From Antedon mediterranea (lineage: Eukaryota > Animalia > Echinodermata): DNA of 64,000 nt. The stretch spans positions 8,928,001 through 8,992,000 of the forward strand of contig NC_092673.1 in assembly GCF_964355755.1 (NCBI RefSeq), given 5' to 3'. The notes beneath the pieces are model-generated. The model was not told where the DNA came from, searched no databases, and was given only the letters and a program-made list of their open reading frames with translations. This document shows positions 25,901 to 37,900 of this stretch, piece by piece. Each line of letters begins with the position of its first letter. The stretch's first letter is position 1. A program made the position numbers and the translations under genes.

Positions 25901-28900
25901 ATGTTTCAATGGTCCTAGGACAGGGTGCGTTACTGTATTTATGATATAATTAGCTTTATATTTAATTGGCATCATCAGCACACCATTGTACATATTAACA
26001 ACTTTTAATTTATATTATCTACACTAAAAACAAACTTTTTTACTACAATTGAAAGGGGATTCCAGGTTTAAAATTGCTATTGAAATATATAAAATATAAT
26101 TGTTTGTTTCTTGAACGGTAAAAGTGCCACTTATTATAAGAGCCTGGTGAAGCAGAATGAGGCTGTGAAGTGAAGCCAAAATTGTAAGTGCAGCTACGCC
26201 AATTTGACACCGTGTTTCAGAGTAGAAAATTACTAAAATGGTCAATCTTTCAACAATTCATACTCACTAACTATATAAAATACTTATAAAGTACTTATGT
26301 AAAATTACACTTTTCTGATGTAGTTTTAGTCATTCTTTCCATTTATCAAGTCAAAACTTTATGAAAATACATAAAAAATCTGTAAAATGAGATATGTTTG
26401 CATTTTCCGTTTAGCATTTCTCGCACTCGCTTAGGGAAGCCTTAAAAATCAATTAAGCGTAACATGTACATACATAGGCGTGGTGACATGACTATCCCCA
26501 TGCCTTGCATCTTCATGTGATGAGCAGATACAGTATACAATATAACAAACTGGTCGTGTCGCGTATGCTCGTCTTTAATCACAACATGCACGATGTATTT
26601 GATTTGAGGTCGACCATACTCGACCTACCGTAATTGTATGGATAATATTGCTTGAGTGACTGATATTGACTCTGTAATTTTCGTGTGGCAACACTCGCGT
26701 TTGGCGATAAATAAACAAAAATCATCTACTGGGTCTTGCGATGAAATTCTCACTCCATCACAAGACAACGCTTCATGCGCTGCGTGGAACTTGCTTGAAG
26801 AAATGAATCAACTAAACTATTTAAACTATGCATACATAGCGCCCTCATTTGTTATTAGTCCTCCCTAGATGCGATGAAAGACCGTTTGTGATTGGTTAAT
26901 ACTCACGGTAGTAGTTAGTTACGCACGACGCAGCGAACATCCGGTAAATTGGCTCGAAGAAGACAAATTATTTGGTCTACCTGATGATAATATTATTGTT
27001 AATGTAGGCTTATTGATGGAAATTCTTCTGTTAATTTAAACGACCTAGACCTAAGTGAATATTTTATTGCCAAGGAATTATTTAATTAGTAATTATCTGT
27101 ATATTATTCTTCGCAAGGCATGGTGAACGCAACGCCTAACTAGGCAGACTTATTACAATAAAAGGGAGGCCAGCTACACCCGACCCAGCAGTAGATATTC
27201 AACTTGTTGTTGGCGGCAATGTAATATAACAGATATCGCCTTTTATATTGGTAAAATATAAGATTTGACATCCCCGAGGGAATGATATTTTGTTCGATGG
27301 AATATATTTCCCTCTGGGATGTCAAATCTTATATTTAACCTCTAAGCAGGCAATATCTGTATAATACAGAACTAAAATGGTCAGCATACTATATACACAT
27401 AGTTTATTTTGTATCACATTTCTGTACATTTCTGTACATTTGTGGTTGTCACATAAATAGTGTTTGATTAATTCTGACAGGTTCCCTATCTGACAGAAGC
27501 AGTGCATTGTTTTTGTTGGCTAAGTGTATGGTTGCCAGTGTACCAAGTACAGATGTTGATGCAAGGAAAGCAGGTATTAATTGTACTTGTTATTAAGTAT
27601 ACGTTCTTGAAGTGTGGAGAAAAAATATGAATCAGATTTGGTCTTATGCCCAGTTTTAGGTGCAAAAGTGCAGTAATTTTGTCTAAAGATCGATTCATTT
27701 GGCTAAATAAAAAAATTGAACTATAGCCATTTTGTCAAACCGAACCATTAGTTAATACAGAATGACTTTATATATGGAACGCCGTTTACGCAACATTTCA
27801 ATGATATGAATTTTATGACGCGATATGTGAATGAAATGCATCGATATGAATTGAATGGCGCGATATATGAATGAAATGTTTTGAATTGAATGCTTTGAAT
27901 TGAATGTTTTGAATGAAATGTTTTGAATAAATTGTTTTGAATAAATTGTTTTGAATGAAATGTTTTTAATGAAATGTTTTGAATGAAATGTTTTGAATTA
28001 AATGTTTTAAATGAAATGTTTTGAATGAAATGTTTGAATTGAATTGAAAAGTCAAACTATTGGTGGCGTATGTCATTCCCGCTCGCGATTTTTTTCTCAA
28101 CCTCTTTAGGCCTAAGCGTGGGTACCCTCATCTCCTTTCCACATTTTATTCAAAACATTCAATTCAAAACATTTCATTCAAAACATTTCATTCAAAACAT
28201 TTCATTCAAAACATTTCATTCAAAACATTCAATTCAAAGCATTCAATTCAAAACATTTCATTCATATATCGCGCCATTCAATTCATATCGATGCATTTCA
28301 TTCACATATCGCGTCATAAAATTCATATCATCAAAATGTTGCGTAAACGGCGTTCCATATTTATAAGTAATGTTAACAAATTTCATTGGGTCGTAAATGT
28401 TCAAATAAGAAAGTTCAGACAGGCACAATGTGTCTTACTTTCTAAATTAACTTATTAGCAATTTCACATTATTTTGTTCAGCTCTTGGAACTTCTGTTGG
28501 GTTATTGAACTTGGCAGCTGATGGTTTTGTCAAGTTAGAAGCTGAATATAGAATGAAAGATATCATGTATTTACAGGTAAGATTGCATTGTGGTTATGAT
28601 TGCAGTGGGTGTAGTGTATGGATTTTTAACTGGCAGTGTATCTGAGCCTAACTTACTTACTCCCAGATTCGCCGAAATTTGCAGGTTTTTCGATTTTCCT
28701 CAATTTTTATTCAGATCCCTGCCTACCCGAAAAATTGGTTATTTCATCGAAAATCTTAACAATTTAGCCTAGAGATATTTCATCTAAAATCTTAAATTAG
28801 ACTACATTTTCCCAAAACAAACATGTTATTTCATAATGAACACTCCTAGCACTGTTTATAATGACGCCCAGTATTTATTAGGGCTTTGTTTCACCAATTA

Positions 28901-31900
28901 ACAGCCATCCATCAAATGCCAATCACACATGTGACATTGTATTATTGTTGTAATGATGTCACATGCAACAATGTGTGTCTATAGAGAGTGTTCACCCATG
29001 AGGTGTAAAAGGACTTTACTAAGTTTAAAAGGATGTTTTACATGCCAATGTCAGTGAAACACTTGTTTAAGTAGAGAAAAAGTCTACTTTATTAACAAAA
29101 TGATCATAGGCCTAGGTGGCTAGGCTATATCACACTGGGTGTGTAGAAAGCGACGACCTCGAATTGGACGACCCCAACAACCCGGGCGACCTCGAATCGG
29201 ACGACCTAGAATTGGACGACCCATAACACGCACCCATTGTTTATTACTGAACAGGCGGTAGGTAGGCCTACAGTAGGTTGGTATTGGATATCCCAGAAGA
29301 TGTACGCTCGAGATTGTATAACTTAATATTAGCTTATATAGCGCCCTCTATAAATTGTTACATTATTATAGCATGCCCTATATTGTTTACCCGCAATTTC
29401 ATTTTTTCAACTTTGGACCTCTGGTAATAATGTCTGAAGGGGATTCTGGGTTTAAAATTGCTTTTAAATATTGTTTATTTATTAAATAAAAAATATTACA
29501 ACAATATAGACATGTCAGAATGAAGAAGTAATCACGAGAAATTAAACAAATTAAATTTCATATTCATTTTAGGGTAAATTCATGGAAAGTCTGTTTTTCA
29601 GCAGCTTAGGGAAGCTCATTAATATTCATGAGATATTCACAAAATCAGTGGATTCCAAACTTGCGACGTCCTGTACGTTGTGTTTGTCAACTAATTTACA
29701 TCTCTCTCCCCAAACAACGACCACCCGATCATTGTGAAATATATTTTTGGTAGATTTTCTAAGCTAGGCCTAAAGTGTAATAATAACAGTAGTAGCATAT
29801 ATTTATTTGACATTTAATGAAATACAAAATTTAGTACAGATTACGGAGTCATAAATTATATACTATTTTTATACCACGAATAGTAAAGATCGTATTATCG
29901 GCTTCACGTACTAGCCTAAATCATTTTTTTTTCATGGGTGAGAGCCATTCTGACTAGGGATTCCATGCCACGATGGCTACGTTAAAACATGTCATTGGGG
30001 CCATCATGGGCCTAGCTAGCCTACTCTACTAAACGATTGGCCCATGAATAACAAAACTCAGTGGATTCCAAACCCATCCTATCAACCAAACTCGCTCCTA
30101 AACAATCTAAACCTAAAACATTCTACAAAATCGGCTGTAAATTATTGAGGCAAAACAAGGTCCGATCGCCGTCCACACGTATGGTGTCCCGATCGCCTAA
30201 GTAGGCCTAAAATAGGCTTAGTTTTTACTCTCCAAAAAAGCGGATACTGCATCAAGCAAGTAGGCCAGTTAGTAGGAAGGAGACCTAGCCGATCCGGCCC
30301 AGTTAAAAATTGAGCTAGCTAGTGTAGTAGACCCTATGCGAATTGATACTACCAGGCCTTTTACTATAGGCTACACTTGTTAAAATTAGCAATACTTATG
30401 TTTACAAATATTCCAACTCTCTCATTCGAGCTATATTATCTATACCATTCCGGTAGGTCGAGTCGACCTTCAATCAAATACTGTACATCGTTCATGTTGT
30501 GATTGTAGACTGGGTATACGCGACCCGACCAGTTTGGTATTGTATATTGTATCTGCTTATCACGTGACGATGCCAGGCATGGGCAGTGAGAGCATGTGTA
30601 TCGTCGTCTCGCTCAGCTATCTCCTCGCTCAGCAGGAATGTATACGTTACGCTTCATTGATTTTGAAGGCTTTCCCTAAGTCAGTGCGAAAATCGGCAAA
30701 CGTAAAGTGCAAACATATCTAATTTTTCACTGTTTTGATGAATTTTCATAGAAAATTGACTTTATAAATGGGAAGACCGACTAAAATTACATCAGATAAG
30801 TATAATTTTACAAAAGTAATTGATATGGTTAATGATAACGAGTCGTCGGAAGAATGAGCATTTCACGAATTTCTTATTCTGTAACACAGTGTCATATAGC
30901 TGTAGCTGCACTTGTAATCTGGCCTCATTTCACAGCCTTCGTTCTGCTTCACTGGGCGCTTATATAAATTAAAACTTTTACCGTTCAAGAGACAAACAAA
31001 TATATTTTACATTTTTTACTATTTATTTTAAACCCGGAACCCCCTTTTAATAGTTTCAGATTCAAATTCAATTAAAAAGACTTCACAACTGAAAGCACCC
31101 ATCATTTGCAGTTTCATTATTATTAACACTACATGCAATACATCTGTCAATACTATTAGTATTTGCAGAGTGTCAATATTGGGACAGATAGTTTCATGTT
31201 TGCCTTCTGTTCAAATAGGTACAGTATATGTTAAACTTGAGATTTTTAAATGTTTGCATTAAAAAAAAAAAACAGAGTGAGTAGATTAAAAAATAATATA
31301 AATGCCTAGATAACCAAATTAAGCCTGGTTGTAACCAGAATTATTTCCAATGGGACCCAGAAGTAAAAATTATTGTAAATATAAACCATGGTTCGAGGCT
31401 CACTCGCTCCATGGTTCTGGTGGTGGAACAAGTCTTCTCGGATAAGGACTATAAACCGTAGGTCAAATGTATGCATATTGCTCGTGTGCACTTTAAACAA
31501 CCTAGTACATCTTTCGAGACGAGAGGGGGTTACCCCGGTGTATTAGTTCACACACACTGTCGTGGACAGATGTAATGGCGCCGTAGTTGGCTGCCGATGA
31601 CACGATGTGACCCTTAGGGGAGAAGAATGTTGTTGAAAAGGTAACATCTAAGTCCACAGCGATCTTCATGAAATAATACCGTTCTGATCTTCATGAAATA
31701 ATACCTTCATACATAATACCTATGACCTTGACCGTGGAAACTGTATATGTATTCAAGCGTACATTAGTGTACACCTGTTTTGTACATGTTATGGTACGGA
31801 GAAAGTAATAGTTGGTGATGTAAATTTTCACCTAGAAAAAACTACAGATCGAAATACGAACGGTTTAATGATGCTTTAGATAACATCGCAAGCAATTAGT

Positions 31901-34900
31901 GTGCAAACCAACTCATCAACTCGGACACACTCTTGATGTTTTTGTGATAAATGAACATTCACCGTTGAATTACAACGTTAAAGTGATGGATTTAATCTCC
32001 GATCATGCTTTGATTACAGGAAAAATAAACATCCCAAAACCAAGTCGTACGTAAAAATCGATGAAGATACGTAAATACGGTAACATAGACATTGATATTT
32101 TCGATCTGATATTTCTAATTCGCCTTCGGAACTCTTTAATAATTGTCTTAATAATATCCTAAACAAACACGCTCCTGCTAAAGTAAAAACTGTAATTGAA
32201 AGATGCAAAGATGTTGGTACGGGAGTAAACTACGTGAAGCGAAAGCAGTCCTTCGAAAATCTGAACGAAGATGGCGGAAGACATATGTCATTGAAGATTT
32301 TGAAGTTTATCAACGCGGCCGTCATATTTACAATGAATTGCTCAAAAAAGCAAAAAAGGACTACTATAATGATAAAATCGTTGAATGTGGAAACAACTCT
32401 AAAATTATTCAAAACGTTATTAATGAATTACTACACCGAAATAAATGCGCTATTTTACCCAGTACGAAATCTGATATCGATCTTGCAAATTACTTCGTGT
32501 CATTCTTTCATCAAAAGACTGAATCTATACGCCGTTTCATCCCAGTCGCTGATCCTATGATTTGTGTTGTTATGCCTAAACCTTTGAATAGCTTTACTTC
32601 TTTCCGACCAGTCTGCAGTGAGGATGTCCGCAAAGTAATTGCAACCTCAGCATCAAAACATTGCGATTTAGATCCGCTCCCTACATGGCTTGCAAAGAAA
32701 ACTCTTGATTCTACATTACTGTTCATCACTAGGTTAATAAATCAGTCGCTTGATTACGGAATAAGTGAGCAAGTGGCCGAGCGGTTAAGACAGTGGAACC
32801 GTAATTACGTAGCCATAACATCGGCAGGGGTTCGAGGCTCACTCACTCCATGGTTCTGGTGGTGGAACGAGTCTTCTTGTATAAAGACTATAAACCGTAG
32901 GTCCAGTGTACACATCTAGCTTGTTTTCACTTTAAAGAACCTAGTACATCTTTCGAGACGAGTAGGAGGTTACCCCGGTGTATTAGTACATCACAGCCAC
33001 TGATCATAACTGGACCCTCTGGGAGACCAGTCTTTGACTAAAGAGGTTACCCAATATAAATATATATTTCAATCAATCATACAGCGAAAATCAGACCGTT
33101 TCTTACTGTCGAAGCGATGAAACAGGCAGTAATCTCATTGGTGTTATCAAGGCTTGATTACTGTAATGGGCTTCTTTATGGCCTGCCTGAGACTACAATC
33201 CGAAAATTACAACTTGTTCAAAACTCAGCATCATGTATCATATATATGCGCAGGAAGTGTGACCATGTTACTCCACTTTTGATCAAACTGCACTGGTTAC
33301 CAATAAAGAAACGCATAGAATACAAAATTCTGCTACTGACATATAAATGCCTTAATGGCCTTGCACCGGAGTACCTGAGCGAATTTCTACGCTACCAACA
33401 CAGCTATCATTCACTACGATCATCTAATGATAACACGTACCTAGATCACGCCTAAAAACGTACGATGATCGTGCGTTTAGTGTCTGCGCTCCATCTATAT
33501 GGAACACTCTTCCGATTAACATCAGGAAATCAAAATCTATAGACTTGTTTAAAAGGCATCTGAAATCATATTTATTTCAACAAATTTATGAGTGCTAGCG
33601 GTTCTGGCCTTAGAACTTATCTTTATGGAAAGTAGGCGCATTATAAATATGAATTGAATTGAAAAAGCGCTATATATCGCATTATATAAACATTAAATAC
33701 AAAAAATAGATGCAAAATGAAGATGACCATTAGATGTACATGTGTATGCAACTAATCTTTTTTCAACTTGGTTTTTATTTTTATAGCCAAAATGTTTTTT
33801 CTTGTTTCTATCTTCTGTTTCTTTCTTCTTCTTTCTGTAGAAACTGAAAGAATAAATTATTATTTGTACTAAAACATGTATAAACTAGAAAGCCACTCGG
33901 AGAGTGCATACCTCCGCCTACTGTAAAATTATTTTACATCAGATTTAGTCACCGTAAAGTGTGTGTCTTAATGCTGTGTGTGATTTAGGCTAATTTCACT
34001 ACAAGCATGTGTATGCAAGTTTGGTGTAAAGGTTATGTAACCCGCCTTTCAACTAACAATAGCTTCAGCCGACTAACTAATGAGTGAGTGGCCGAGCGGT
34101 TAAGACAGTGGAACCGTAATCACGTAGCCATAACATCGGCAGGGGTTCGAGGCTCACTCACTCCATGGTTCTGGTGGTAGAACGGGTCTTCTCGGATTAT
34201 AAACCGTAGGTCCAGTGTACACAACTTGCTCGTGTGCACTTTAAAGAATCTAGTACATCTTTTGAGACGAGTAGGGGGTTACCCCGGTGTATTAGTACAT
34301 CACAGCCACTGATCACCAACTGGGCCCTCTGGGAGATCAGTCTTTGACTGAAGAGGTCACCCAGTATAAAGATAAAACAAACAAACAATAGAACAGAAAC
34401 GCGAAAAACAAACGAGTGAATTTGAAAAGAAATAGGGCTTTTAAACAACTCGCATAAAAAAACTTGTACTAATTATGTTATACAATTACAAAATATAATT
34501 CTTGCCTATTGTACAAAAATGAAGTTTTTTGGACAAGTAGTTCTTGAGAAAATACAATTTTAGTTTACTTGTTATTTTAAGACTGCTCACCGGCTTTTGA
34601 AATTTCTGTCCTATCTTTTAACACTAGCAAGTCTGAAAATAATTTGCAAAAAAGTAGTCCAGAATTGGGACCGCGGTCTGGATTGCCTCCAAAATTTAAT
34701 GGAATAGTCCTTGACCACATATCTATCTGTATTTTCATTTTGGGAAAGATCTTTTAATTACTTTTTGAGTACTCCTGCTAACAAACAAACAAACAAACAC
34801 ACGTGATCGATTACAAAAACCTGCTTGGAGGAGGTAAATAAATCTTTATAGCCACTAGTGTTGCAAGAGTAAGAGTTATGCAATAAGTCTGCTTTTTCAA

Positions 34901-37900
34901 TTGTAAAACGATAATTTCAACCACTATTCAATTCAGAGTAAATAATCTTTACAGCCCTAATTGTGAAATCTTTGAACTTTATTTGAACCTAAATGGTTAT
35001 GCAAGAAGCTACCTCAAACACAATTAGGGTCTATTTCTATATTTTAATAGAAACGGTTTTTGAATTTGCTGGTAGTGATACAAATAATTAATGTTTAAAA
35101 GTTGAATGGCGACTGTTTTATTATTAATGAGGCAGAGCCAAGTTAAATAACAAATGAAATGAAATATTTTCTCTCATTCAATGAATACAAAACATTAATT
35201 TATAACACACCTACTGTGAATTATTTTGACAACATTGGCTTAGGCCTAAACTTTTTTTGTGCAGAAGGTAGGCAAGGCCTACTGTCAACCTTCCTTCTTA
35301 GCAATTTTCTATTATAAAATATGCAATATGTTTTTCTTACGCAATAAAAGGTTTGTTACAAAAAGCTGAACGTGCATTATGTGTGGCTGAATTTCAGTTT
35401 AACAAATTTATTTGCTGATTAAAACCCAAATCAGTTTGTGTTTAAACTAATTTTTTGAAGGATAGAGATAGAATAGAAAGATAGATATTAATTATGCACA
35501 TTGTTAACATTCGTAAAGGGGTTTATCTAAACATTCTGAGCCATCATTTGGCTCTTTAACTATTTATAAACTTAATCAGGTCAAACTCCAGACCAAAAAT
35601 AATTCTATGTACACAGTTTTCAATTAAATGAGATCAAATCAAATAAATGTGAACTTGACCTTATTTACAGATAACCGAGACAATAGGAAGGTATGTTGAC
35701 ATGACACGATTATTGCTGTCAAATGTATTATAGTTGGTAGATGGCAAATTCACTTTGTACTGAGCTACTTGAATGAAAAGTTCAAAATGTTGGCAAACTA
35801 TCAGCTACAATAGTAGTAATCAGCAGCATGTAAAATAATCACCATAGTAGTGCATGATGTATTCATGATCAGTGAGTAAATAGAATGAGTTAAGTCAATC
35901 ATATTAGGTTAACTGCATAGATTGACCAACTGATAATAAAATACTTTGTTCTACAGTTGGAAAGTTATCACGTTTCAGTGATAACTTTCAGACTAGTTCA
36001 ATATGTAACTTGCAGAGGGTTGAATTTTTTAGGAGATTGCAAGGATTCTATAAGTAATTTATAATTGCTAAAAAACAACCCTCAGTCAAAGGGGTGTGAA
36101 AGGAGTGAATACCTTTCCTAAAATAGATAAAGATCGAAAAAACTGTACAAAATGAATGCAATAACGCACCTGGGCCAGACATGATTCGCCCACGGATCCT
36201 TAATAATAACACTTAGTTGGGAAGCCAGAATGGTTTACGTGAACCCTCTAGCAAACTATGTTAACAATGTTTTTTTGCTTATATCAATACAAATCTATTT
36301 TTTGCTGTTTCTCTAAAAAAAATTGGGATGCTTGGTCAGTACAGCAGCCAAAAGTCAATATGGTCAAAGTTAAAACTGTGTGTAACTTGGTAACTACTAG
36401 GTGTATTGGAATATTTTTTGTGCCAAACTATTCAAAAGACCCATATTTCTATTCACTCTAATGGGAAACTTTTGCCAAAAGTGGACAGAAACCCCTTTTC
36501 TGACCACTGGTCAAGAAATTGGCCATATGAATATCTCATCTTGTGCCGGCTATATGGCAAAGGTCAAAATTAAGCGTTTATTGACAGTTTTATGATTTTT
36601 ATTACATTAGATCAAATATAAACATATACTTTGCGAGTAATTTGAGACGACAATTATCACTTTCTGACCAGTGGTTGATAAAACTCATATTATTACTCAT
36701 ATAACCACAAACGATCTCACTATTCTTTTACTGCATCGCTGTCGTAGCTCAACGGTCAACATCTCAAATCCAACATGTTATTATTGAATCCTCATATTGA
36801 ATCCTCATATCAATTCTAGTTATAATTGAACATTCAAAAAGTTCAGGGTTAGTGAGGATATTCTTTATTTATTTTTCTCTAGTGTTATTGTAAGTGTTCT
36901 TTTATACAACTGCATTGTCTGGTTTGCCAGTCTATCGGGAATGAACAAGGATAAATTTAAGAAAGTTATGAAACGAGCTGGCAGAGTAATTGGCTGCAAT
37001 GTAAAACACATCGATGATCATACTGACTATTTATAAGCATTTTGTCAAGATCATGAATAATACAAAACACCCTCTAAATCAGTATATTGTGTATCAAAGG
37101 TCAGGTAGGATTAGGCCTCTTAAGGGTCATACTAATTGACACAGATACTCCTTCCAACTGTAGATTTTTAAGATAATGTTCCAGTTTAGTATTTATTTAT
37201 GTTGTAGTGTGGCGAGTTCTTGCAGCAAGCAAGAAGAATTTGAACTGTCACATGTTTATGGGCGGCCATTAGGGCCAAAATAGACAAACGTTGCCGTACG
37301 AACAATTCCGCTACCGTAAGCCAAACAAATGGCGTTAAAGACATTATCCGCTCCCGTAAGCCAAACGAATGGCGTAAAGACATAATATTTATCGAGTGAC
37401 AAACAAATATTGCCGTACGGACACACGCACACATTGCCGTATGAACAAATTGCCGTATGGTTAAATTGTTTGTACGGCAACGTTTGTCTATTTTGGCCCT
37501 AATGGCCGCCCATACATGTTTGGCCGTTGACAATAAAGTTTTCTTGTATTCTTGTATTATCCTATTTATGTATTAGCTTATGTATATTTTAATTAAACCT
37601 TGTTCAATTTCCAATTGTAATCTGAATAAATAACTTCCAAATTGTTTTCCTGTTTTGTTTCATCAAGTAATGATTTGAGATCTGTTTCATCACTTATGTA
37701 AGGTACTATCCATTCTACCACCTCTCGAGGAGTTGCACCGAAGTCAGTGCCATACCAATCTAGAATCTTAGACAGTATTACTCTTTTCTCATTAATGTCA
37801 ACATTTACTTCTTGGGCAAGAAAATTTATAGAAGCTGCTTTGAGGGCATTATCAAGGTTGCGCTCGGAATATACATTAATGGCAGGACATGATTTTGCAC

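Noticed and set aside
27350-27375. Alternative ANAPC5 acceptor at 27349
   Set aside because: Leads to an in-frame TAA within 9 codons; the acceptor at 27480 gives the APC5-like peptide.
28060-28458. ORFs with KTFHS/QNISF repeats
   Set aside because: Translation of the 14-bp repeat arm of the foldback element.
34082-34165. tRNA gene
   Set aside because: A and B boxes are present but run into a SINE body found in several copies; no clean cloverleaf or terminator.
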